A stretch of 64,000 nucleotides of DNA from Eledone cirrhosa (taxonomy: Eukaryota), in contig OZ024742.1 of assembly GCA_964016885.1 (NCBI GenBank), positions 302,064,001-302,128,000 on the forward strand. Direction: 5' to 3'. Positions 13,707 through 28,008 of this stretch are shown here, one piece after another. The notes below the pieces were generated by a model. That model was not told the DNA's origin, did not search any database, and was given only the letters and a program-made list of their open reading frames with translations. The position numbers were made by a program, and so were the translations under genes. Within the stretch, counting starts at the first letter, position 1, and every line of letters starts with the position of its first letter.

Positions 13707-14914
13707 TTACATATATATATACCCTACATGCACACATTTTTATAAATAATCTAGAATTTTATAAGATTTAATATTATAACTAGCTTTTAGATATTTTAAA
13801 ACTGGCATTTAAAACACATCATCATCATCACCATCATCATTTTACAGCTCCTTTCAACTCTGGCATGTGTTGGAAGGGTTGCCACAGTCTGAGACCAGAC
13901 GAGGTCAGATCAACCCGTTTTGTTCTTATGTTCCATATTTTGGTTTCTATGGCTGGATGCTATTCCTAATGGCAACTACTGTACATCTTGTTCACAGCCA
14001 AAGCTGAGACATATCTCCTAAACCAGGCTGTGGTGTTTGCTGCCCTCCCTTTTCATTGGGCTTGCAATCGTAAGGTTGTGAGTTCAATACTTAGACCAGG
14101 TGATGTTACCCTGTCCTCACTCACATTAATGCCTCCTAAGTGGTCAATCACATCTATGCCCATTACCACATCAATTCCAGGCGTGTCCTTGAGCAAGAAA
14201 CTTTATTTCATGTTGCTCCAGTTTACTCAGCTGTAGAAATGAATAGCGACATCACTGGTGTCAAGCTGTATCAGCCTTTACTTTTCCCTTGGACAACATC
14301 AGTTATGTGGAGAAGAGGGACTGGTATGCATGGGCAACTGCTGGTCTTCCACAAACAACTTTGCCTGGACTTGTGCCTCAGAGGGAATTTTCTAGGTGCA
14401 AATCCCATAGTCATTTGTGACCAAAGGGAGTCTTTATCCTATGCCCTCCACCACCCACACTCTTTCTTTTTTCCTTTCCTTCTCTCTTCTTGTCTATTAT
14501 ATTATGTTGTTTCAATAAATAAAAATATTTTCATATTTAAAAAAACCCAGACATATGTATACATATGTCTGTTATACAAACTTACACATGTACTTATTCA
14601 GTAAAAATTCTATACATACACACACACACAAACATGTCACATATACAATTTTACACTCATTTACATACACACACATTACATGTACATCACACATACAATT
14701 ATACATATATTGTACATGTAGACATACAGATATCTAGATGTAAAGACAATAGATTGAATGTTGTTCTTTGGATTAAAGAGCAAAGTGTCTACACTATCAT
14801 TGAATGAGTTATTAGCTGTTATCTTGTCTATCTGTCTGTCAGTCTGTCTGTCTGTCTATCTATTTATCTTCTATCTATCTACCAATGTATATATATATAT
14901 ATCATCATAATCAT

Positions 14915-14996
<82 letters not shown>

Positions 14997-15167
14997 AATA
15001 TATATACACATATACTCATACATATATGAATACGTACACATATATACACACAAACATATATATACTCATACATAAACATACACTCATATCTATCTATTTA
15101 TCTATAGATAAATAGTGAGTCTAGACTTACTATTTAGCCTTAATAAAATAAATAAATGAATAAATAA

Positions 15168-15249
<82 letters not shown>

Positions 15250-15447
15250 TTATTTATTCACATATCACTGTTCATCATTGTCATCACCGTTTAACATCTA
15301 TTTTCATGCTTGTATGTTGTAGACAGGTTGTCACATTCTGAGGTTCTAATATCAACTATTTTACAGCGTGTACTTGGAGCATTTTATTGTGTCACCAGCA
15401 TTATCACCATACAGAATGGACTGGGTACCTATCATTATGTACAGAGT

Positions 15448-15660
15448 GGTGGATTGGCAATATTGGTAGAGCTTCGGACACCATGCTTTGCAGCATAGAG
15501 TTACAGCCCTTTGTGATCTGAGTTCAAATCTCGCTGAGGTTAATTTTGCCTTTCATCCTTACGGGGTTGATAAAATAAAGCACCAGTAACGTACTGGGCT
15601 CGATTTAATCGACTAACCCTCCCCTCAAATTACTGGCCTTGTGCCTATACTAGAAATCAT
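15448..15660 (+). mobile_element. SINE of the GCCTTTCATCCTTACGGGG family
   Basis: B-box-like GAGTTCAAATC, then AATTTTGCCTTTCATCCTTACGGGG...GGCCTTGTGCCTA. Further copies at 28550-29118, ~30010-30160, 45493-45652 and 63210-63340. Confidence 0.75.
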
Positions 15661-15871
15661 TATGTACAGTGTAGACTGGGTGCTTTTTGTCATGACACCA
15701 GCACTATCACATGACAGTTGTGAGAACTAATCTCAAGTCACCGAAGCTCACCAAGGAGATGCCAAACTACTGCGATGAGTGGAGAGTTGGTGTGCTCGAA
15801 ATGACTCATCAAACCCACGAAAGCATGGGAAAACTGATGTAAAATGATGACAACAAGGATTATGATGATGA

Positions 15872-15967
<96 letters not shown>

Positions 15968-16359
15968 TTCGCTCTACATGGCTGAATACAATAAATGTAA
16001 TCTAGTTTTTCGAATATTAATAACATTCGATTCGTTTGCAATTATACAAACAAGCCTAATTTTTAACGCCATGTTATTAATATTTAAAAAACTCATATTA
16101 CATTTATTGTATTCATCCATGTAGAGCGAACATTTTTTTTTTTTTAAATTTCAATGTGGCAAAGCCGGCCATTTATCGCTCGTATACAGGAAACTGACTG
16201 GCCAGTCTGTTGATATGCAAATCTGGCTGATCAGTGGATCTGCTAATATGCAGATCTGACTGATCAGCCAGTCTGCTAATATGCAAATCAGGCCGATCAG
16301 TCACTGTATATTTTAGAAAATAGCATATATTTTCACTAGCTCTGACAGTTTGGCAGGGG

Positions 16360-16419
16360 AACAGTGTGCTGTACTGATGAAGAGTGATGCCTAGAAACAT
16401 TAGTGTCTGCAGTTCTGTT
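16360..16419 (+). ncRNA. Type I hammerhead ribozyme motif (weak stem II)
   Basis: CTGTA-CTGATGA-AGAGTGATGCCTA-GAAAC-ATTAGT-GTC-TGCAG. Stem I CTGTA/TGCAG is extended by AACAG/CTGTT; GUC cleavage triplet. Confidence 0.55.
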
Positions 16420-16665
16420 TACATGCCAACACAAGAGCAAGAATGAAGGGTTCATTCTACTGATATGGCGTTAAAAATGAGGCTTATTTGCATAATGCAA
16501 ACGAATCGAATGTTATTAATATTCGAAAAACTCAGATTACACACACATATATATATATATAAGTTTTAATATAGATGAGATTCTACAGGACTAGAACTGT
16601 TTCATTCTTTAGAAATCTTAGGATTACTTACTGTGGTTACCTCCGATTCAACCTGGAATAACTTA

Positions 16666-16751
<86 letters not shown>

Positions 16752-17063
16752 CGTGTATGTATATTTCTGTGTCTGTGTGTGTGACTTGCGTTGTATATTC
16801 AATCATATACAAAATATTCATGTAAATAAACATTTTTGTGGCCTTGCTATAATTTTTAAAAGCAGTGATTAATTCATCACTAATCTTTGGCAACCGAGGG
16901 AGAGCACCCTGATGGCAGTGTTTCTAGTTCTTTAGCCATTGTCAGAGGGCTGACTCTTGGATGCTAAGATAAAAATAATCTAAAAGCTTATAGTTTTTGT
17001 ACTTATGAACATCAGCTGATGAAGCTCATTTGCATACAGAGCAAAAGACAGTGGCTTACCTCT

Positions 17064-17224
<161 letters not shown>

Positions 17225-17240
17225 TTATATATATACATAT

Positions 17241-17275
<35 letters not shown>

Positions 17276-17429
17276 TTTACGTCCACTTTTCCATGGCTGC
17301 ATATATATATATTTATATATATATATACATACATATATATATATGTATATATATACATATATATATATATATATTTATACATATGTATATATATATATAT
17401 GTATATATATATGTATATATATATATACA

Positions 17430-18068
17430 TACGAACATGCCAGACAACAACACGACGGTAACATAGACAACATAGAAATTAGAATAATATCTAAACATAG
17501 AAATGACCCAGCAGATAGGCAAATCAGAGAGGCCAGTTTTTTAAAATTTATTTTGAAACTTTTTCATTATTTGCTAAACCTTGTTTATATTTGTTCTGGC
17601 TCGTTAATTTATTAACCTGCCATTGAACCACACTGGCATTTGGTTGGACAATACATGCGTACCTTAGCGCCTTGTGCGTGAAGGAACACATATCCTATTA
17701 CTACTATCTCCTCTAAGTCGAGAACAAATTGGGTCGCTCCGACTGCTGCTAGTGATAGCTGCGGCTGGTTTGACCTACCTCCCTCTGCCTCTATCTTTAC
17801 TTCGGCCCTTGATAAACCTGTTTCTACATCATCCACTCTCATCCCAGGAACAGTTTTGATAGCGCTAGTTCGTAATTTAAATTCAGGAATTTTATATTCT
17901 TCGAATGAAAAGAACCTTCTGACGAGAATCTTTCTCTGCAACGAAGGCCGTATGGTCTCCGTTTATTTTTGGGATTCGAAACCGATCGGTAAAGGTAACT
18001 ATAGTAGGTAAAGTCAATTTTTTAAAATTTATTTTGAAACTTTTTCATTATTTGCTAAACCTTGTTTA
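17430..18068 (+). mobile_element. Penelope-like element 3' fragment (GIY-YIG C-terminal remnant plus terminally redundant HHR-bearing repeat) inserted in (TA)n
   Basis: Peptide [35 protein letters not shown] resembles the PLE GIY-YIG C-terminus (H..H / R..EA). A ~55-bp direct repeat at 17536 and 18017 (481 bp apart) brackets one HHR. Confidence 0.6.
17914..17996 (+). ncRNA. Type I hammerhead ribozyme
   Basis: ACCTT-CTGACGA-GAATC...GATTC-GAAA-CCGATCG-GTA-AAGGT: intact core, stem I ACCTT/AAGGT, stem II GAATC/GATTC, palindromic stem III ACCGATCGGT, GUA triplet. Confidence 0.85.
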
Positions 18069-18085
18069 TATATATATATATATAT

Positions 18086-18438
18086 ATAATATAAGATCAA
18101 AAGATGGTTAAAGGAGTTCAATATATTTTATTATGCGCATTTCAAAAACAAACATCATCAAATAATAATATTTGTGTTTTCATCAGATAAAACAGGAGAA
18201 CATGATATGAAGGCTAAAAAAAACACTTGTTGATAGTGCAGTTTTAAATCAACATATATCATTGATATATGTTGATTTAAAACTGCACTATCAACAAGTG
18301 TTTTTTTTAGCCTTCATATCATGTTCTCCTGTTTTATCTGATGAAAACACAAATATTATTATTTGATGATGTTTGTTTTTGAAATGCGCATAATAAAATA
18401 TATTGAACTCCTTTAACCATCTTTTGATCTTATATTAT
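18086..18438. repeat. Perfect palindrome, ~176-bp arms, 1-nt spacer, one HHR per arm
   Basis: ATAATATAAGATCAAAAG...ATATCA T TGATAT...CTTTTGATCTTATATTAT, centre at 18262; (TA)n immediately to the left. Confidence 0.93.
18332..18398 (+). ncRNA. Type I hammerhead ribozyme (mirror copy on - strand at 18126-18192)
   Basis: TTTTAT-CTGATGA-AAACACAAATATTATT..GATGATGTTTGTTTTT-GAAA-TGCGCA-TA-ATAAAA; palindromic stem III ATGCGCAT; AUA triplet. Confidence 0.8.
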
Positions 18439-18521
18439 GCATACTCCAGTCCCACAAACTGTAGAGTGCTTCTTATCCGATATCTGCATTGCTTTATTGT
18501 ACTACAATAAAACTCACCTCC

Positions 18522-18556
<35 letters not shown>

Positions 18557-18882
18557 GATAACAAGTTATCCTTATAGGTAATCCAGTTAGAGTACTCCGC
18601 GTCATGGATAGTTTTAACGTACGGCTTTGTTTGACTCAACAAGATGTTTCCATAGTTATGCAGCCAGTTCGCGGTAATTCCGATGCAGGTTATACTTGGA
18701 GTAATAATAGTTAAAGAAAGAAGAGTAACATGGTTGGCTGTACAATAAGGGCTTTATTTAAAGTACTGACAATTGTTTCATTGATCAGGTATGTTTAGAG
18801 TTCGCTAATCGCTTGAGGTTGCGTCAATCAATCTCCAATACATTGTTTACAACTGGTCAACACATAAGAGCACGTAAATATG

Positions 18883-19053
<171 letters not shown>

Positions 19054-19292
19054 CCATATATACATATATATATATATTGGTAAACGGAATAGAAAATGCT
19101 GACAAATTGTTCACAGTTGAAAAATGGTTTAATTAGGAATAAAAGAGTATTAGTGATTGTATGGGTTAGTATTCAGTTGTGGTTTTAAGTTTTTAAGTTT
19201 TTACCGGTTGCGCATTTCTAAATGCTTTTCAAAAATAATTTTGAGATAGATTGTCCGTGCTGTTTGGTGTGTTACACCTCTATTCTTTTAAC

Positions 19293-19324
<32 letters not shown>

Positions 19325-19332
19325 TGTATATA

Positions 19333-20728
<1,396 letters not shown>

Positions 20729-21469
20729 CATACACACACACATATATATATATATATCAAAAACATACATTGAGTTAAAAACTCACAATAGTCCCTTATA
20801 ATCAAATTTGCTCAAGGAAAAGATTTTCAACCCTTATAAAACAGCAAAGAGAGATGAACACAGATATATAATTATATGTGTTCAAATTATAAGGGTGAAG
20901 AAAATACTGACTAACATAATATGGTTCACAGAACTCAATTAAAACGTGGTTGGTGTTAGGAAGGGCATCCAGCCGTAGAAAACCCGCCAGACAGTCCTAT
21001 ACGAGCAAGACAACCAATCTTGCCTCAAGTGGGAAAATTCCCGACCAAACCCATGCAAGCGTGGAAGATGGACGTTAAACGATGATGATGATGAAATTGA
21101 GATATACAAACCTACTATGACAACTATTACGTATCCAGACAACTTACGCGTAGAACTGTTTCGCAAATCAGTGAAGAGATTTACGGGTCCAATGCTTTTG
21201 AATGGATACTCACAAGCAGTAAACTCCTCACTACAAAATTTCTTAGAAGACTAAATAATGCACATGTGTTAAGAGAGAAAGCACATAGTTATCTCATGTG
21301 AGGCTGATCGAATAGCTGTCATAGAAGGCTTGTACATCTCGATTTATCCTTTTAATTGAGTTCTGTGAACCGTACTATTTTAGTCAGTATTTTCTTCACC
21401 CTGGCGTTTTCTGTCCCTTGTAATTTGAACACATATAGTTATATATCCGTGTTCGTCTCTCTTTACTGT

Positions 21470-21526
<57 letters not shown>

Positions 21527-21807
21527 TCCATCATCCACTTTTCTAAACAAGTGTATCATACACAAAATGCCAGCATCAACAGTTTTCTAAGAGATGGCAA
21601 CATGAATGGACCTGTTATTTTTCTCTAAAGACATTTTTTCTGATTCCGCACTGCCCGTCTCTTCAATCTTTCTAATTTCTCATTCTTTCTTCTGATGAAG
21701 GACTAGTGTCTGAAGCGTTGAGACCCTCTTCCTGTTATTTCAAGCGTTAACCTAATATATTCCTTCCATATACTGTACTGATTGTGTTGTTATTTCTGTT
21801 TACCTTT

Positions 21808-21894
<87 letters not shown>

Positions 21895-22769
21895 TCTGAG
21901 CTGTACTCCTGAAAATCCAGTTGGACCCTACAAAAGTTAGTTCCCTTTATTTCCCCAAAGAATTTTTAATATACGATGTATCTAAATCCCAAATTACCTC
22001 CCTTACTTTCTTTACCACTCTGTATATCCGTACAGACACCCTTTCTACGTTTATCCCTCTTTCTACAATACTTTTTCAAACTCTTTCATCCTTGAAAAAA
22101 AAAAAAGAGCACAGCCATTACAATAAAAGGCTGATGAATTAGATCCTCTTTCAGAAGTATCTGAAAGAGGCACCCAATGAAAAATGTCTACCAGAAATGA
22201 GAGCATAGTTAGTGTAATAAAGTGGGGGTGGGTGCACAATATAAAAACAATGGAAATACTCCCTTCTTTTGGAAGTCACTCTAGTGCTGGTACATTACAT
22301 TCTGCTGGAAGTCACTCTAGTTTTGGTATATTAAGGTGAATACAATTCATTCCGGTACACATTGGGATGAAACAAAACAGAGACATAGGACAAGTTGTGC
22401 CTTTCAGCAAATTACACAAATAAAGATGAAAGAATAAAGACAAAAAAATGTAGGTATATACAAGATGTCCTAAAAAATGTATACACACTTCAACAGCATT
22501 CTAATAAATATTGCATGTACAGGTAATCAAAGTGGACTAACACAAGGAAGATTATCATATCTATGGCACTGTTGATGATTGCTTCCAATCCTGTGTTTAG
22601 CAAGTTTTCCATGGCTGGATGTCCTTCTTATCACCAACCACTTGAGAGATTGTTGCGCCCTTGACACAACTAAGAATTCTTTTGATACATAAATGTATTA
22701 TCATCATCATTTAATGCCTGTTTTCCCTATTGATTTGACAAGAAGAAAGTTATTATTATTAGTGAAAAA

Positions 22770-23118
22770 TGTCAATGTGCGTGAACGACCAAGCATAGAC
22801 GAGTTGAGAAAGAAACTGGGTATAAGAGGGATAAGTTGTGGTGTGCAGGAGAGAAGGCTGAGATGGTATGGACATGTGATGCGCATGGAGGATGACCGCT
22901 GGGTAAAGAAGTGCCAAGAAACCTCAGTAGAAGGAAGACGCAGTAGAGGTAGACCATCTAAACATGGGCAGAGGTGGTGAGAGCAGACCTCAGATCGCTG
23001 AAACTCACCGAGGAGATGACAAAGGACCGTGACAAGTGGAGAGATGCTGTGCTGAATAGGACCCGTCCAACCCTTGCAGGAAGGGAAAAGCAGACGTAAA
23101 ATGATGATGATGATGATG
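22770..23118 (+). mobile_element. RTE LINE 3' fragment
   Basis: ERPSIDELRKKLGIRGI..QERRLRWYGHVMRM...RGRP followed by an (ATG)n tail. Confidence 0.85.
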
Positions 23119-23487
23119 AAGTGGTTAGAATCAATTGTAGTCTGATTATGTCAATATTAAGACAACAAATGAAACATTGAAAGGTCAGACACTTGATAAA
23201 TTCTGCTAAATCATAACAGAATATTTCATATTTTACTGACAAAATGACAATTATACCATACAGGATATAATTTAACAAAACTATTATTTATAAGTGGTCT
23301 ATTAAACAACTCTCTAAACCACTTCTCTCTCACTTTTACTCTCTCTTTCTCCCCCCCCCCCCTCTCTCTCTATATATATATATATATAAAACAGTATGTG
23401 TTTATAGGGGATAGAAAACCACCTGAGTGAAAAACATAGTTTATGAAAGGAAAGGAGAATACAGATCAATATATATACATATATATA

Positions 23488-24586
23488 TCATCATCATCAT
23501 CATCGTTTAACGTCTATTTTTCACGCTAGCATGGGTCTGGACAGGAATTGTCCCACTTGAGGCAAGATTGGTTGTCTTGCTCAGGACTGTCTGGCGGGTT
23601 TTCTACGGCTGGATGCCCTTCCTAACACCAACCACGTTTACAGTGTGGACTGGGAGGTTTTTACCATGTTACCTACATGACCACATTACAGCGTGGACTG
23701 TGTGTTTTTTTGTCGTGACACCTACACGACCTCATTTATTTAGGACTGGATGTTGTGGTACCAACATAACTTTACATCGAAAGGGGTGGTGTAGATGGCG
23801 GTGGGTGTAGGGTTAGTGGGACGGGAGGTGTATTTTGGTTAAGAGGTGCCTTTGACTGTAGGTTTCGCTTTGTACTTAGGCAAGACGGGTCTTCTGTATT
23901 ACTACGTAGCGCCAAAGATCTCGGTCCAGTGACATTGTCTTGGAGAGGTGTAAGTGTGTAAGGTCAGAATTTATCAAGTCGTCCCAGGTTTTTCTCGGTC
24001 TGCCTACTCCGTAGCTACCGTCTACTTTGATTGCCCTGCACTTTTTTATACAGCTGTCATCTTTCATGCGCATCACGTGACCATACCAACGTAGTCTTCT
24101 CTCGAGTAAACAGCATCTGATCCCTCTTATTCCTAATTTCTCACTTAGTTCATTTATGCTTTGCCGTTCGCGTATATTACTATTACACATCCAGCAGAGC
24201 ATGCAAGCTTCGTTCTTCTCCAGTCTATGTAGATCCTCTGCACCCAAGGCCCATGTCTAACTACCATGTAACATCGCTGTTCGTATGCAGGCATCATACA
24301 GCCTGCCTTTTATTTTTAGAGAGAAACCTTTAGCGGCCAATAGTGGTATAAGCTCTTTGAACTTTTTCCATCCTGTTTGGACTCTAGCCACAGTACTTTC
24401 GGAGCACCCTCCACCACTGCTGATTTTGTCAGCCAGGTAACGGAAGGTGTCCACTATTTCTATAGAACCATCTGGGCAATGGAATGAGCTAGTATTTCTG
24501 TGGGCATTTGCTGCTACTTATTGCACCAGAGCACCGGCCACATATAAAATCTATATTCTTAGTTAGCTTACCTGTGATCCCACTAC

Positions 24587-24592
<6 letters not shown>
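23488..24592 (-). mobile_element. 5'-truncated RTE LINE, same family as 12561-13706
   Basis: ORFs 24257-24454 and 23876-24247 encode FRYL...TAMLHGS / RRLRWYGHVMR...GRPRKTW; same 3' UTR and (ATG)n tail. Confidence 0.9.
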
Positions 24593-24628
<36 letters not shown>

Positions 24629-24947
24629 CCGAAGCTGAAGCATATAGACAATAGGCCTCAACCCCCTCCCACTGCAAAGTGGTCATGGATGTGTCACGAT
24701 AAAAAAGCACCCAGTCCACACTGTAAAGTGGCAGTGTAGTGTCACGGTAAAAAAGCACCCAGTACTCACTGTAAATGAGGTTGGTATTAGGAAGGGCATC
24801 CAGCTGTAGAAATCTAGCCAAAATCAGTTCCTGTATGAGCGTGACATGGTCACCCAACCTGATATTACTCACAACAGGACAACCCATCTAACCCATGCTA
24901 GCGTGAAAGAATGGATGTAAAACGGTGATGATGATGATGATAATTAG

Positions 24948-25200
24948 GTAGTAACATGTGCTTACGCCATATATGACTACACAGAATTAGTCTGTTAGTT
25001 GGGATTTAAAAAAACCCTCAGAATGGAAAAAAGGATGAGTATTGATGTACATGGGACATGAACCCACATCTTTGGTTTGCCAGACCAATGTGTTACCAAT
25101 GATAAAACTCATCCTTTTTTTTCATTCAGAGGGTTTTTTAAAATCCCAACTAACAGACTAATTCTATGTAGTCAAATACTGCGTAAGCACAAGTTACTGC
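24948..25200. repeat. Imperfect inverted repeat (~95-bp arms) enclosing an antisense tRNA-like segment
   Basis: GTAGTAAC...GGATGAGT versus ACTCATCC...GTTACTGC. The spacer's reverse complement reads TGGTAACACATTGGTCTGGCAAACCAAAGATGTGGGTTCATGTCCC (A/B-box-like). Confidence 0.6.
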
Positions 25201-26472
25201 TTAATTTTCAAATTCGCTAGCCGTTTGTAGACAAAGCCTACTTTGTGTCTCCCTATATATATATATATATATATATATATGTGGAAGATGGACGTTAAAC
25301 GAAGATGATGATGATGATATATTTCTTCTTCTTTAGCCACTTATTCCTGAGATAGTTGTGAGGGCAGAGTCCTCAAACACACCTTCCAGCTGGTTCTATC
25401 AGAAACAACTGTCTCCAATCGATCTAGTTGGATCCCCAAGCGAGACCTACCGAACTCATGGATATTATCGAACCATCTTGTTCAGGGTCTCCGCCTGGGT
25501 CTTCTGCCAGTTGGTTTTGCCCATAGAATCTGTCCAGCAATTCTTTTCTGAGACATTCTAACCTCATGCCCATAGTATCAGAGCTGTGATCTCTTAATTT
25601 AGAGAAGTAGCAGCTCTGATCTCCAAGCTATACATTCTACCGAGTAACATTACTCCAAAGACCATAAGATATATATATCAAAAGAGGAAGAATGTAATCA
25701 AATTTGTTAGTTGATTCTCCTTCTATTACTTTTGAATATATATATGTGTGTGTGTATGTGTGTCCTGGGTTCAATGGGGGTAACTACAGTAAGTAAGGTA
25801 CTCAATACATAGCAGAGTATACATATTTAATATAGAAATGGCTTATACAGGACTAGAACTGTTTCATTTGAAGGAAATCATAATTTCCTTCGAATGAAAC
25901 AGTTCTAGTCCTGTTTCTATTGACTAATTAATAGCTTATATTAATTTAAAAAACTATTCTGTCGAGAGCTTAATTCGTTTTGTGATATTTTGCAATTTTG
26001 CAATAACCACACATACTGAATTCATCCGCCAAAACTAGGGGTTCTTTCCCTTCTAACCCCGCACGTGGGTTCAGATAACGGTCAGTTCCTTAGCTTTGCA
26101 TAGAACTAAATGCCTGTTGAAAAAGTGACTTCCTTATTTGATCATCATACCAAAAGCTTATTTGTTTAAGCAGACAGTACCTGATTTAGGAGTTGCAGAA
26201 ACCCCATATTGGATTTTACCACCGTTTCCAGGGGTCCGGGTATATTTTTCAATCATATTTTATTATTTGTTTGACTCGAATAGCTTGTTCGCTTCTATGG
26301 CTTTGCGGTTAATGGTTTAACCATCCTCTCAGTGTGTTTGGCCTTTTAACGTATGTTTTCGCTCTAGTTCACTCGTTTCTATGGAGCGCTTGCCAGACAT
26401 TTCGGAAGTTGTTTTTCGCTAATTTCCAATAACCGAAATGCGATTCTCGCTAATTTATATATATATATGTAT

Positions 26473-26868
26473 ATCATCATCATCATCATCATCATCTTCG
26501 TTTAACGTCCATTTTCCACGCTAGCATGGGTTAGACGGGAGTTGTCCCACTTGAGGCAAGGTTGGTCGGGTGACCGTGTCTCGCTCATATAGAACTATCT
26601 GGCAGGTTTTCTACAGCTGGATGCCCTTCCTAAAACCAACCACATTTACAGTGTGGAACTGGGATCTTTTTACCGTGTTACCTACACGGCCACATTACAG
26701 CGTGTACTGTGTTTTTTTTTTTTTCGTGACATCTACACAATCTAGATCTTATTATCTCATTTATTTGGACTGGATGTTGTGGTACCGACTTTACAGAGAG
26801 AGGGAGGTGTTGGTGGGAGTGGGAGGATAGGGTAGGGGTAGTGGATTGGGGTGTATATTTGGTTAAGA
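26473..26868 (-). mobile_element. RTE LINE 3' UTR fragment
   Basis: Near-identical to 12561-12820 and 23488-23840, with (CAT)n on the + strand. Confidence 0.8.
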
Positions 26869-27109
26869 ATATATATAAATATATAATGTAAAACGAAAAA
26901 TCAGTGATGCATCTGGACTCAGTTTATTGTGTGTTACAATTGTTTCGCCGGCAGATAGCTCGAGACATGATCATTGTATGGATCTGTTTGATTCTAGATC
27001 TGCAGGTTCTTCGGACACATGCAATACTTTCGGAACAAATTTTCTCACTGTGAGAAAATTTGTTCTTTTTTCCGGGTATGTCAATATTTATTTATAAAAC
27101 AAATCTGTA

Positions 27110-27171
27110 TTTTATCTGATGAAAGCGCACCATAATTTACCTTGGTCGCCCTTGAAATATATATAATAAAA
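27110..27171 (+). ncRNA. Type I hammerhead ribozyme with ATATATAT stem III
   Basis: TTTTAT-CTGATGA-AAGCGCACCA..TGGTCGCCCTT-GAAA-TATATA-TA-ATAAAA. Confidence 0.7.
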
Positions 27172-27279
27172 TAATTATGGTTTTATAAATATAGTTTCCA
27201 TTTATTAATATATTGTATATATATATATATAATATAAGATCAAAAGATGGTTAAAAGAGTTTCAAGTATTTTATTATCC

Positions 27280-27593
27280 GTGCGTCTATTTATTATAGAA
27301 TTGAAATTAGATATAATGGTAAATTTCTCGGCTAGGCAGAAATGACATGTTCTGGATAGGGAAGAATTCAGGTAAGGAAAGGCAGAACAAACCTTCCTCC
27401 AAGAGATGTTATAGTTAATATTTTTGTCTTTCAAGGACCATATGAGTTCCGAGAGTGCCGTGTTAGTTCTTTTAAGTTGGTATTTAAAAGACGAATTGTG
27501 ATTATAAAATCTAGCTTTGAAGGAAGTAGAAGTGGAACCGAAATAGGTAAAGGAATTGGTATCAGTTATAACCTTACATTCATAGACTAAGTT
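27280..27593 (-). pseudogene. GIY-YIG endonuclease fragment of a Penelope-like retroelement
   Basis: Hand translation: NLVYECKVITDTNSFTYFGSTSTSFKARFYNHNSSFKYQLKRTNTALSELIWSLKDKNINYNISWRKVCSAFPYLNSSLSRTCHFCLAEKFTII...INRR. It shows LVY/YFG, conserved R, CxxC, E and N. Confidence 0.85.
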
Positions 27594-27941
27594 TTAATTC
27601 TTTTTTCTTCATGCATAAACCTCATTAACTTTTAATTTCAAAATCTTTTAAATTATCTATTATCTTCCAACGGCTTTTTAATTTCTCTCTGTGAGACAAT
27701 ATATATATTTTTCTCAGTTGTAAAGGCTATCTCTCTCTCTATCCCCCATCTCTCCCCCTCTCTCATCCTTCCTTCTTATACTCCTCCCCCACCATCCTTT
27801 ACTCTCATTTCTTCCTCTTCCTTATCTCCCACCCCTCACTTTTTCCCAATCTCATACATCAATCATAATTTATTTTTCATATGTTGATTTAAAACTTCAC
27901 TATTCACAAGTGTTTTTTAAGCTTCATATCATGTCTCCCTA

Positions 27942-28008
27942 TTTTATCTGATGAGAACGCAAATATCATCCCATGATGATATTTGTTTTTGAAATGCGCA
28001 TAATAAAA
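27942..28008 (+). ncRNA. Type I hammerhead ribozyme, same family as 18332-18398
   Basis: TTTTAT-CTGATGA-GAACGCAAATATCATC-CCAT-GATGATATTTGTTTTT-GAAA-TGCGCA-TA-ATAAAA; stem II changes keep pairing relative to the 18332 copy. Confidence 0.82.

Noticed and set aside
21692-21722. HHR-like CTGATGAAGGACTAGTGTCTGAAGCGTT
   Set aside because: GAAA core is mutated to GAAG; likely a decayed motif, so not called functional.
26932-27018. Minus-strand HHR-like GTGT-CCGAAGA...GAAACAATTGTA-ACAC (similar relics at ~16585-16622, ~17016-17046, ~18765-18840, ~19200-19233)
   Set aside because: Conserved core positions are altered (e.g. CCGAAGA, CTAAGA, TTGGAGA); counted only as decayed relics.
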